Source of the DNA: Bacteroidota bacterium
GTDB lineage: Bacteria > Bacteroidota > Bacteroidia > Chitinophagales > Saprospiraceae
Length of the DNA stretch: 24,000 nucleotides
Direction of reading: 5' to 3'
Assembly (NCBI GenBank): GCA_039821145.1
Contig: JBCBOS010000031.1
Coordinates: forward strand, 74,103 to 98,102
Shown: one piece after another, positions 1 to 7,726 of the stretch
How the letters are laid out: each line of letters opens with the position of its first letter
How positions within the stretch are numbered: position 1 is the first letter of the stretch
Position numbers and translations under genes: made by a program
Notes under the pieces: model-generated
What the model saw: the letters and a program-made list of their open reading frames with translations, nothing else
The model's database searches: none
What the model was told of the DNA's origin: nothing

Positions 1-1
1 T

Positions 2-805
2 CTCGGTTGTGAAAACATTCAGGACATCACCATCGACGACTACAGCATCGACTTGGAGACCTTGCCACAGGATGTGAGTTGCTTTGGATTCAGTGACGGA
101 CTGGTGGACTTCCCCAATGCCGACCCCAATTGGCTGTTCAGCCTGGACGGAACCAACTTCGGCCCACCGGGTAGCCTGGGAGGCTTATCGGCTGGCACCT
201 ATCAGGTATTCATCCAAGACGAAAACAACTGCTTGTACCAAGAACGCTTTGTCATTGACCAGCCTGCTCTGCTGATTGTCAGTTTGCCCAAAGATACCTT
301 GATCACACTCGGCAATGATTTGATTTTGTACACCAATACCAATGGCCAGGGCAACTTGACCTATGAGTGGACACCAGAGACAGACCTGGATTGCTCCGAC
401 TGTCCCGATCCGTTGGCGGCGCCACTGCAAACGACCCTGTACAAGCTCACCATCATCGACGAAAACGATTGCATTGCCGAGGACGAGATCAATGTCGTGG
501 TTCGCAACGATTTCAAAGTATACATTCCCAATGCCTTCAGCCCGGATGGCAACAACGTCAATGATGTCTTTATGATTTTCAGTGATGAGTCGGTGGCCAA
601 GGTCCACGAGCTGCGGATTTACTCTCGCTGGGGCAGTCAGCTCTTCGAAGTTCAGGACTTCCTGCCCAATGATCCACAATATGGCTGGGATGGTTCTTAC
701 AAGGGTCAGACGATGAATCCCGGCGTGTATGTCTACTACGCCTTGATAGAATTCAAGGATGGCAACACCAAGCAGTTCAAAGGAAGTGTCACCCTGGTGA
801 AGTAA
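2..805 (+). CDS. T9SS type B (gliding-motility-associated, CHU_C-type) C-terminal domain protein. It is 5'-partial because the reading frame is open to the window edge.
   Basis: The frame is open from nt 2, so the TTG at 53 in the ORF track is probably not the real start. The C-terminal ~90 aa, 'KVYIPNAFSPDGNNVNDVFMIF...LRIYSRWGSQLFEV...WDGSYKGQTMNPGVYVYYALIEFKDGNTKQFKGSVTLVK', is the classic type B T9SS sorting domain pattern. A hairpin terminator follows. Confidence 0.8.
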   Translation, partial: LGCENIQDITIDDYSIDLETLPQDVSCFGFSDGLVDFPNADPNWLFSLDGTNFGPPGSLGGLSAGTYQVFIQDENNCLYQERFVIDQPALLIVSLPKDTLITLGNDLILYTNTNGQGNLTYEWTPETDLDCSDCPDPLAAPLQTTLYKLTIIDENDCIAEDEINVVVRNDFKVYIPNAFSPDGNNVNDVFMIFSDESVAKVHELRIYSRWGSQLFEVQDFLPNDPQYGWDGSYKGQTMNPGVYVYYALIEFKDGNTKQFKGSVTLVK

Positions 806-830
806 GAGTTTGAGATCGCCAACATAAAAA

Positions 831-863
831 GGCCGAAATCAGTTGTTGATTTCGGCCTTTTTT
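831..863. terminator. Bidirectional rho-independent terminator between convergent genes
   Basis: A perfect 10-bp stem pairs ggccgaaatc (831-840) with gatttcggcc (848-857). It is flanked by aaaaa (826-830) and tttttt (858-863). It lies between the stop at 805 (+) and the stop at 886 (-). Confidence 0.7.
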
Positions 864-885
864 GATGGCTTGTTTTTGCGTTGAT

Positions 886-1413
886 TTACAAACTTCGTTC
901 TCTTGTATTGCGATCTTTTTCGAGGCTGTCTGTCGCACCAGACTGGCTTTGGTTTTTCACATCGGGCCGGACTTCAGAGCGATTGCCAGTGCGGGTGTGG
1001 TTGAGCTTTTCAGAGACAGCGTGTTGCAAGCGAAACCGCTGGGATGCTCTTCCCTCCCGAATGGGATCATCCAGTTGTTGGTGATGCCGTTGTGAAATCT
1101 GCACAATGCGATACATCTGCTGATTTTCATCTACATCCTGAGAAAGATATTCCCACGACTGTGGCACCTGTTCTGCAACGGCCAAATCGGTCTTTTGGGT
1201 ACTTGGCAACCAAAGCCCAATGGCTGTCAGCAAGACAAAAAGAGCGGCGATGGCTGCCGCCAGGCGATACATCCGCACAACGGGGCGTTGGCTTCGATTT
1301 CGGCGGGCATCCAAGCGACTTTCCAGGCGCTTCCAACTGTTTGCCGGAGGTGCCTCGTGCAGTTTGTGTTCGTTTTCGCGAAACAGGTCTGATAAATCAT
1401 CCCAGGATTTCAT
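886..1413 (-). CDS. Single-pass membrane protein, a putative anti-sigma factor partner of the upstream ECF sigma
   Basis: ATG at 1413. It has a short cytoplasmic N-terminus ('...PPANSWKRLESRLDARR'), one TM helix (LAAAIAALFVLLTAIGLWL) and a polar Q/R/S-rich C-terminus. It is the last gene of the sigma-led minus-strand operon. There is no zinc-binding HxxxCxxC motif, so the anti-sigma role is inferred from context. Confidence 0.5.
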   Translation of the reverse strand: MKSWDDLSDLFRENEHKLHEAPPANSWKRLESRLDARRNRSQRPVVRMYRLAAAIAALFVLLTAIGLWLPSTQKTDLAVAEQVPQSWEYLSQDVDENQQMYRIVQISQRHHQQLDDPIREGRASQRFRLQHAVSEKLNHTRTGNRSEVRPDVKNQSQSGATDSLEKDRNTRERSL

Positions 1414-1467
1414 AGGTAAATCAGTTTATTGTCATGCAAATGAAATGGGCGAATCGATGCAATGGCA

Positions 1468-1905
1468 TCAATTGACAACCAATTCTACGGGATCGCACTG
1501 TCGTTTTCCAGGCGCCCCAAATCCGGCCTTGTCGCAGGTAATCTTACTTTCCGGACCTCCGATGTAGCAGATCACTTCTCTGTTGTCGTTGAATACTTCT
1601 GTGATCTGTTCCAAGCTCGGGCAGGTGACACAGGTGTTGATCATGTAGAGGTTTCTTCCCTCAAATACACAACGCAAAGCCCGCGTCTTGTCCGGATCTT
1701 TTTTGAGTACATCCGCTACCCATTGTGGCACGGGGATGTTGGTCTCTTTGCTCAGCTCGATGCTGGTCGATACCTCTTGCCCCTGAATGAGTTCACTGGC
1801 TTTTTTGATGGTCGTACCACCAGTCGTACCATTGTTGGCATCATCTCCGCAGGCAGTCAACAGCAGCCCTAGTAAAAGCGGTATGAATAAAAAGGTTTTT
1901 CTCAT
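1468..1905 (-). CDS. Small Cys-rich lipoprotein of unknown function
   Basis: ATG at 1905. The signal peptide MRKTFLFIPLLLGLLLTAC carries a lipobox (LLTAC). The mature part has 7 further Cys ('RCVFEGRNLYMINTCVTCPSLEQITEVFNDNREVICYIGGPESKITCDKAGFGAPGKRQCDP'). It sits between the ECF sigma and the membrane protein. Confidence 0.7.
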   Translation of the reverse strand: MRKTFLFIPLLLGLLLTACGDDANNGTTGGTTIKKASELIQGQEVSTSIELSKETNIPVPQWVADVLKKDPDKTRALRCVFEGRNLYMINTCVTCPSLEQITEVFNDNREVICYIGGPESKITCDKAGFGAPGKRQCDPVELVVN

Positions 1906-1953
1906 TGTATTCGGTAATTTTTATTTAAAAATCAGTTCTTTTGCTTTTGGTCA

Positions 1954-2499
1954 TCACTCGCTTCCGACCCGGCCTCCCTCATTTTTGATCACCATGGCTC
2001 TCAGGCGCTTTTTGGCCAGAATCAGCTGCGACTTTGAGGTGTTGATGCTGATGCCAAGCATGTCGGCAATTTCCCGATGCTTGTAGCCCTCGATGACGTA
2101 GAGGTTGAAAATGGTCCGATAGCCCGGAGGCAAGTCGTTCAACAAACGCAGGATGTCTTGGGCAGCCAACTCGTCCTCTATGCTGGCCCGGTACTGCATA
2201 TCCATGTTGGGATGCAATTCGTCGGTCCATTGAAAGGGCTGTCTTTTGCGCAAAAACATCAAGGCTTCGTTTACCATGATCCTTCTGATCCAGCCTTCGA
2301 AACTACCATTCCCTTGATACTGTTGGATGTGGGTCAGCACTTTGTAGAAGCCGTCGATGAGCACATCTTCCGCATCCTCGCGCTTGCGCAGGTACCGTCG
2401 ACAAAGACCAAACATCTTTGGAGAATAGCGGTCGTAGAGCAATTGCTGTGCTTTCCTAACTCCTTTTTGACAAGCTTCTATGAGTTCCTTTTCTGACAC
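1954..2499 (-). CDS. RNA polymerase ECF-type sigma-70 family factor
   Basis: GTG start at 2499. The N-terminus 'SEKELIEACQKGVRKAQQLLYDRYSPKMFGLCRRYL' and the region-4 HTH 'LPPGYRTIFNLYVIEGYKHREIADMLGISINTSKSQLILAKKRL' are typical of Bacteroidota ECF sigmas. Confidence 0.9.
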   Translation of the reverse strand: MSEKELIEACQKGVRKAQQLLYDRYSPKMFGLCRRYLRKREDAEDVLIDGFYKVLTHIQQYQGNGSFEGWIRRIMVNEALMFLRKRQPFQWTDELHPNMDMQYRASIEDELAAQDILRLLNDLPPGYRTIFNLYVIEGYKHREIADMLGISINTSKSQLILAKKRLRAMVIKNEGGRVGSE

Positions 2500-2745
2500 T
2501 CAAGGTAGTTTTCGATGAATGAGACGGTGCAAACTCGCCGCTACAAACTGGCACCCAAATGCTTGATTGGACACAGGCAGGGGCCTCCTCAGTTTCCACC
2601 AGCTCAAGATATTATTTTTCCAATAATAACGCCAAAACACAAAAGTACTAATCTCAAAGATGCTTCGCGCAGGCGATTTGGTGTGTCAGATCGGCAATTT
2701 CCGGCCAATAGCTGGTGGAGGCCTACATTTTTCCTGGCTTCTTAA

Positions 2746-2753
2746 TATATTTG
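2746..2753 (+). promoter_or_regulatory. Candidate Bacteroidota -7 promoter box (TAnnTTTG) for lysA
   Basis: 'tatatttg' matches the TAnnTTTG consensus exactly and lies 59 nt upstream of the lysA ATG. No convincing -33 TTTG element is present. Confidence 0.3.
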
Positions 2754-2812
2754 GTGGTTTGAAAACGCCCGTTTGGGGCCTTATCTCCAATCAATTCAAC
2801 GCGCCGATTGCC

Positions 2813-4069
2813 ATGATTCTACAAAATGATCAATACCACTTTTCCGGAAATGTGCCCGTTGGGGACATCTGCGAGAAATACAACTGTCCTCTCTACGTAT
2901 ACGATACGGCCATCATGAAACAACAATACGAGCGGATCACAAAGGCCTTTCAGGTACCCTCTCTGAAAATCAACTACGCCTGCAAGGCGCTGACCAACAT
3001 CAATGTCTTGCAGTTTTTTCGCTCCATTGGGGCGGGCCTCGATACCGTCTCTGTTCAGGAAGTAGAGCAAGGCCTGATGGCGGGATTTGCGCCCGAGGAC
3101 ATTCTGTATACGCCCAATTGTGTCTCCATAGAGGAAATCAGTGAGGCTGTCGAGCATGGGGTGAAAATCAACATCGACAACATCTCCATTCTCGAACAAT
3201 TTGGCCAAAAGTATCCCGACGTACCCGTTTGCATCCGCATCAATCCACACATCATGGCGGGCGGGAGCTACAAAATTTCGACGGGTCACATCGACTCGAA
3301 GTTTGGCATCTCCATCCACCAAATGCCCTTGGTCCATCGGGTCGTGGAAGCCACCGGACTCACCGTAGAAGGCATCCACATGCACACGGGATCGGACATT
3401 TTGGATGCAGGGGTTTTCCTCCAAGGTTCTGAAATTCTCTTTGGGGTGGCCAGCGAATTCAAGGATTTGCAATACATCGACTTTGGAAGCGGATTCAAAG
3501 TGCCTTACAAGCCCAATGACATTTCCACAGACATAGAGGAGTTGGGAGAAAAATTGTCGGCCCGCTTCAATGAGTTCTGCAGCGAATACGGCCGTGAACT
3601 CACCCTGAAATTTGAACCCGGCAAGTTCCTCGTCAGCGAAGCTGGTTATTTCTTTGCCAAGGTCAACGTTATCAAGCAAACTACCTCCACCGTTTTTGCA
3701 GGCCTGGATTCGGGACTCAACCACCTGATTCGCCCCATGTTTTACGACGCTCACCACCGGATCGAAAATGTCAGCAAACCCACTGGAAAGATGCGCATCT
3801 ACACCGTGGTGGGCTACATCTGCGAAACCGATACCTTTGGGGTCAATCGGCGCATACAAGAAATCAACGAAGGAGACATCCTCGTCTTCCGCAATGCCGG
3901 AGCCTACTGCTTTACGATGGCGTCCAACTACAACTCGCGCTACCGGCCGGCAGAAGTGCTCATCCACGAAGGCAAGGATTACCTGATCCGGAAAAGGGAA
4001 ACCATGGAGGACATCTACAGAAATCAAATCGACTGCCAGGTCTTCCACCAAGCCAAAGTCAATGCCTAA
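2813..4069 (+). CDS. lysA: Diaminopimelate decarboxylase
   Basis: The ORF track opens at 2660. The ATG at 2813 gives a 418-aa product with the usual ~26 residues before 'CPLYVYD'. A PLP-lysine context 'INYACKALTN' is present. Other fold-type III decarboxylase motifs are 'HMHTGS', 'IDFGSGF', 'EPGKFLV' and 'GYICETDTF'. Confidence 0.9.
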   Translation: MILQNDQYHFSGNVPVGDICEKYNCPLYVYDTAIMKQQYERITKAFQVPSLKINYACKALTNINVLQFFRSIGAGLDTVSVQEVEQGLMAGFAPEDILYTPNCVSIEEISEAVEHGVKINIDNISILEQFGQKYPDVPVCIRINPHIMAGGSYKISTGHIDSKFGISIHQMPLVHRVVEATGLTVEGIHMHTGSDILDAGVFLQGSEILFGVASEFKDLQYIDFGSGFKVPYKPNDISTDIEELGEKLSARFNEFCSEYGRELTLKFEPGKFLVSEAGYFFAKVNVIKQTTSTVFAGLDSGLNHLIRPMFYDAHHRIENVSKPTGKMRIYTVVGYICETDTFGVNRRIQEINEGDILVFRNAGAYCFTMASNYNSRYRPAEVLIHEGKDYLIRKRETMEDIYRNQIDCQVFHQAKVNA

Positions 4070-4107
4070 GAAGGCATCCAGAGCCCCTCTCTCAACGGAC
4101 AACAAGC

Positions 4108-4146
4108 CAGGCGATAAGTACCGCAAAAAGTGGAACTTATCGCCTG
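4108..4146 (+). terminator. Hairpin downstream of lysA, a probable terminator
   Basis: A perfect 12-bp stem pairs caggcgataagt (4108-4119) with acttatcgcctg (4135-4146), with a 15-nt loop. The trailing sequence 'aattctctg' is only moderately T-rich. Confidence 0.4.
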
Positions 4147-4281
4147 AATTCTCTGTATAATAAACAATCTTGCCGACTGCAGGCCAAAAAGGAACAAGTC
4201 CCAACGGCTAGAAGCCAAAAAGGCCGTACATTCGCAGCCGGTAAACACAACATCCTATCATTCACAAAATCATTTGTCTCC

Positions 4282-7023
4282 ATGGCCCAACCCAGCACCA
4301 CACAGTCCACTCGCTACAACCCGGCGGATGTTGAGCACAAGTGGTACCAGCACTGGCTGGATCAGCGATATTTTGAATCGAAACCCGATCATCGAGAAGC
4401 TTTTTCCATCGTCATCCCCCCTCCCAATGTCACCGGTGTCCTCCACATGGGACACATGTTGAACAACACCATTCAGGACATCCTGATTCGCCAGGCGCGA
4501 CTGGAAGGCAAAAATGCCTGCTGGGTACCCGGGACCGATCACGCTTCCATCGCTACAGAAGCCAAGGTGGTAAAAATGCTACGCGAAAGAGGAATCAAAA
4601 AGTCGGACATCGGACGAGAAGAGTTTCTCAAATACGCCTGGGAATGGAAGGAAAAATATGGTGGCATCATCCTGAAACAGCTTCAAAAGCTCGGTGCCTC
4701 CTGCGACTGGAGCCGGACCCGCTTCACCATGGAGGAGTCCCTGACCAAGGCCGTTTTCCGAATCTTTGTTGATCTGTACAAAAAAGGCAAGATCTACAGA
4801 GGAAAGCGCATGACCAACTGGGACCCCGAAGCACTGACCGTACTGTCCAACGAAGAGGTCATCTACAAAGAAGAAAATTCCCGCCTCTTTCACGTTCGCT
4901 ACCAAATCGAAGGGACTGACGAGTGGATCATCATCGCCACCACCCGACCCGAAACCATCATGGGGGATACGGCCGTCGCTGTCAATCCCAAAGACGAACG
5001 CTATGCCCACCTGCAGGGCAAAAGGGCCATCGTACCACTGGTGAATCGATCGGTTCCCATCATCTTCGACAATTATGTAGACATGGAGTTTGGAACGGGG
5101 GCATTGAAAGTTACCCCCGCCCACGACATGAACGATTACGAGATCGGAGAGCGCCACTCTCTGGAGATCATCGACATCTTCAACGACAATGGAACCATGA
5201 GTGAGGCGGCACAACTCTACATCGGAGAGGATCGTTTCAAGGTGCGCAAGCTCGTTGCCAAGGATTTGGAAGCAGCCGGGCAGATCGTCAAAATCGAAGA
5301 CTATCGCAATACCGTAGGTCGGTCCGAGCGGACGGACGCCATCATCGAACCACGCCTGTCCTTGCAATGGTACCTGGACATGAAAGAATTTGCCAAAACT
5401 GCCTTGGATGCGGTCGACAAAAAAGAGGTTCAGTTCTTTCCAGAGCACTTCTGGAACATGTACTACAACTGGCTCAATGAAGACAACATCCGGGATTGGT
5501 GCATCTCCCGCCAACTGTGGTGGGGACAGCGCATTCCGGCCTGGTACTACGGCGAGCATACCTTTGTTGCCGAAACCGCTGCGGAAGCCCTCGAATTGGC
5601 CAGACGGCAAACGGGCAATGCCGAGCTGCAACTGGAAGACCTGAGGCAAGACGAAGATGTATTGGACACCTGGTTTTCCAGCTGGCTGTGGCCCATCACC
5701 GTATTTGACGGCTTTGAGAGCCCGGAAGAACTGCGCTACTACTACCCCACCAATGTACTCGTTACTGGTTGGGACATCATCTTTTTCTGGGTGGCGCGTA
5801 TGGTCATGGCGGGCTACGAATGGAGTGGTGACTTGCTGGGAGAAGCTGTTGCCCAAAAGAAAGGCATCATGCCCTTCAAGGATGTCTTTTTCACTGGCAT
5901 GGTTCGCGACGAGCAGCGACGCAAGATGAGCAAATCGCTTGGAAACTCTCCTGATGCCATGGCGCTGATGGACAAATATGGCGCTGATGGTGTCCGCTTC
6001 GGGATGCTGTCCAGCGCAGCGGCTGGCAATGACATCGTGTTTGATGCCCCCTTTGATCCCAAGTCAAAAAAAGTCTTGAGCGAAAGCAAGCGGTGTGAGC
6101 AAGGACTCAACTTCTGCAACAAAATGTGGAATGCCCTGCGCCTGCTCAACGGACTGCCCCAACAGGAGGAGGCCTTAAACGAAGAGTCAGCAGCCATCAA
6201 TGCACTGGCCACAACATGGTTTTCCAACAAGCTGCGGCAGACCAATCGCAAGCTCAAGGATCAGTTCAAGAGCTATCGCTTGTCCGAAGCCATCATGAAC
6301 TTGTACACCTTTATCTGGGGAGACTTTTGCTCTTGGTATCTCGAAATGATCAAGCCACCGTATGAGCAGGCCATCGATCGTCCGACCTATGAACGGAGCC
6401 TGGAATTCTTTGAAACGCAAATGAGCCTGTTGCACCCCTTCATGCCATTTGTTACAGAGGAAATTTGGCACCTATTACGGGACAGAAAGAGCGGCGAGGA
6501 TTGCATCATCAGCCAGTTGCCTGCAGAAGAAGAGTTTGACGCAGCCCTGATCACCAAGGTGGACACGGCCATCGAGATTGTTTCCAAGGTTCGGGATGCC
6601 CGCAACAAGAATGGCATCAAGCAAAAAGAGCCGTTGGAGTTGTTCATCCGCAAAACGCCACAGACCAGCGAACTGTTTGAATTGGAGGGCTTGCAGGAAA
6701 TGATCTGCAAAATGGCCTATTTGTCCAAGCTGACCTTTGCCGAGGAAGATGTTCCCAATAGCATCTCCTTCCTGGCCGGGCCCGGCAAATACTTTTTGGT
6801 GCTGAACAAGACCATCGACGTAGCGGCAGAGATCAGCCGATTGGAGGGGTATTTGAAAAAGGCAGAGGGATTCATGAAGGGGGTCAATGCCAAGTTGAAC
6901 AACCAGCGATTTGTCGACGGGGCACCAGCGGCCGTCGTTGAAAAAGAGCGCAAAAAGCAGGCAGATGGCATGGCCCGCATCAAGGCGCTGACCGAAGAAC
7001 TCGAAAAGCTGAAGGGCGGGTAG
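4282..7023 (+). CDS. valS: Valine--tRNA ligase
   Basis: 913 aa. It has the class I HIGH motif ('PPPNVTGVLHMGH') and the KMSKS motif ('RRKMSKSLGN'). The editing-domain region 'TTRPETIMGDTAVAVNP' and the C-terminal coiled coil are typical of ValS. Confidence 0.97.
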   Translation: MAQPSTTQSTRYNPADVEHKWYQHWLDQRYFESKPDHREAFSIVIPPPNVTGVLHMGHMLNNTIQDILIRQARLEGKNACWVPGTDHASIATEAKVVKMLRERGIKKSDIGREEFLKYAWEWKEKYGGIILKQLQKLGASCDWSRTRFTMEESLTKAVFRIFVDLYKKGKIYRGKRMTNWDPEALTVLSNEEVIYKEENSRLFHVRYQIEGTDEWIIIATTRPETIMGDTAVAVNPKDERYAHLQGKRAIVPLVNRSVPIIFDNYVDMEFGTGALKVTPAHDMNDYEIGERHSLEIIDIFNDNGTMSEAAQLYIGEDRFKVRKLVAKDLEAAGQIVKIEDYRNTVGRSERTDAIIEPRLSLQWYLDMKEFAKTALDAVDKKEVQFFPEHFWNMYYNWLNEDNIRDWCISRQLWWGQRIPAWYYGEHTFVAETAAEALELARRQTGNAELQLEDLRQDEDVLDTWFSSWLWPITVFDGFESPEELRYYYPTNVLVTGWDIIFFWVARMVMAGYEWSGDLLGEAVAQKKGIMPFKDVFFTGMVRDEQRRKMSKSLGNSPDAMALMDKYGADGVRFGMLSSAAAGNDIVFDAPFDPKSKKVLSESKRCEQGLNFCNKMWNALRLLNGLPQQEEALNEESAAINALATTWFSNKLRQTNRKLKDQFKSYRLSEAIMNLYTFIWGDFCSWYLEMIKPPYEQAIDRPTYERSLEFFETQMSLLHPFMPFVTEEIWHLLRDRKSGEDCIISQLPAEEEFDAALITKVDTAIEIVSKVRDARNKNGIKQKEPLELFIRKTPQTSELFELEGLQEMICKMAYLSKLTFAEEDVPNSISFLAGPGKYFLVLNKTIDVAAEISRLEGYLKKAEGFMKGVNAKLNNQRFVDGAPAAVVEKERKKQADGMARIKALTEELEKLKGG

Positions 7024-7052
7024 ATCCGTCGCTCAACAGTCATAGAATGGGA

Positions 7053-7098
7053 ACAAACGGTCCAAATCATTGTAGATTTGGGCCGTTTGTCGTATTTT
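7053..7098 (+). terminator. Rho-independent terminator of valS
   Basis: A 16-bp stem with one G-U pair joins acaaacggtccaaatc (7053-7068) to gatttgggccgtttgt (7075-7090). The loop is 6 nt and 'cgtatttt' follows. Confidence 0.65.
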
Positions 7099-7406
7099 AA
7101 AGGACAGAAATTGAAAACAAGTGGTAGATCACCTTGTCCAAACATTCTACCAAAAGACTGACAATCCACACTGCAATATCTGGCCGATCCCTAAACAATC
7201 AGCTCGATTTGTTGTAGTACATAGGAATTGAAAAACTGACTTTAGGCATTAAATTGTATTGAAAAGCACTTATTGATCACTTACATTTAAAGAGTTTCCG
7301 TCTAAAACCTAGGCTGTGAGAAGGCCCCAAAGCAACTTTTGGCATCGTGCCCAAAACGTTTTTGGATGTCCTGACAAATTCTGCAGCCAGATCAAAATCA
7401 AACATC

Positions 7407-7628
7407 ATGGCTAAAAAAGTACAACTTGCTGATCTGAAAGTAAAAAGTTTTGTCGTCCAGTTGAATGAAACAGAACAAAAGACCGCAAAGGGTGGATTGT
7501 TTGATTGGGGCAGAGATGACATGGGCCGTTCTCCTTTCCGCAGAAATGGTCGTGTTGGTTCCTTCACAGAACACAAATCTCAGCGCCAAATGGCAGGCTT
7601 TTCCATATCGTCTCGCCGCTCCCGCTGA
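7407..7628 (+). CDS. 73-aa peptide with a double-glycine (GG) leader-like N-terminus; candidate RiPP/bacteriocin-type precursor
   Basis: An internal ATG in ORF 7347-7628 has an A-rich upstream context (atcaaaatcaaacatcATG). The product is MAKKVQLADLKVKSFVVQLNETEQKTAKGG-LFDWGRDDMGRSPFRRNGRVGSFTEHKSQRQMAGFSISSRRSR. The first 30 aa resemble Bacteroidota natural-product precursor leaders that end in GG. The coding status itself is unproven. Confidence 0.4.
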   Translation: MAKKVQLADLKVKSFVVQLNETEQKTAKGGLFDWGRDDMGRSPFRRNGRVGSFTEHKSQRQMAGFSISSRRSR

Positions 7629-7688
7629 TCAGCTTCTGTCTGAATCCCCAACAGTTCACACCAAGGCTGTTCAAGCAAACAGCACGAT

Positions 7689-7722
7689 CTTGGCCCAGGT
7701 TTCCAACATTGCCTGAGCCAAG
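7689..7722. terminator. Hairpin between the convergent peptide ORF and waaA, a possible shared terminator
   Basis: An 11-bp stem with one mismatch pairs cttggcccagg (7689-7699) with cctgagccaag (7712-7722), with a 12-nt loop. T-rich 'attctcatttcttt' follows on the + strand. It abuts the waaA stop codon. Confidence 0.3.
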
Positions 7723-7726
7723 ATTC

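Noticed and set aside
2500-2812. A possible lysine riboswitch or other leader RNA in the 313-bp region upstream of lysA, including the 7-nt long-range complement ggcctcc (about 2583-2589) / ggaggcc (about 2717-2723)
   Set aside because: I could not find the conserved L-box core elements (for example the AGAGGNGC P1 start and the conserved internal loops). A single 7-bp complement 130 nt apart is expected by chance. A covariance-model scan (Rfam lysine riboswitch) would settle it.
2819-4204. A 461-aa ORF antisense to the whole of lysA
   Set aside because: Its product is low-complexity (V/G/D/H-rich) with no recognisable motif. The sense strand encodes a full-length, motif-complete LysA. Long antisense ORFs are a common by-product of codon bias.
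4579-5856. A 425-aa ORF antisense to valS
   Set aside because: The reasoning is the same as for the lysA antisense ORF. ValS on the + strand is unambiguous, and the antisense product has no motifs and an odd composition.
7407-7628. A lasso-peptide reading of the small peptide, with core GGLFDWGRD forming a G1-D9 ring
   Set aside because: The leader lacks the conserved Thr at the penultimate position relative to that cleavage site. No lasso cyclase, B1/B2 protease or other lasso genes are nearby. The GG-leader interpretation fits better.
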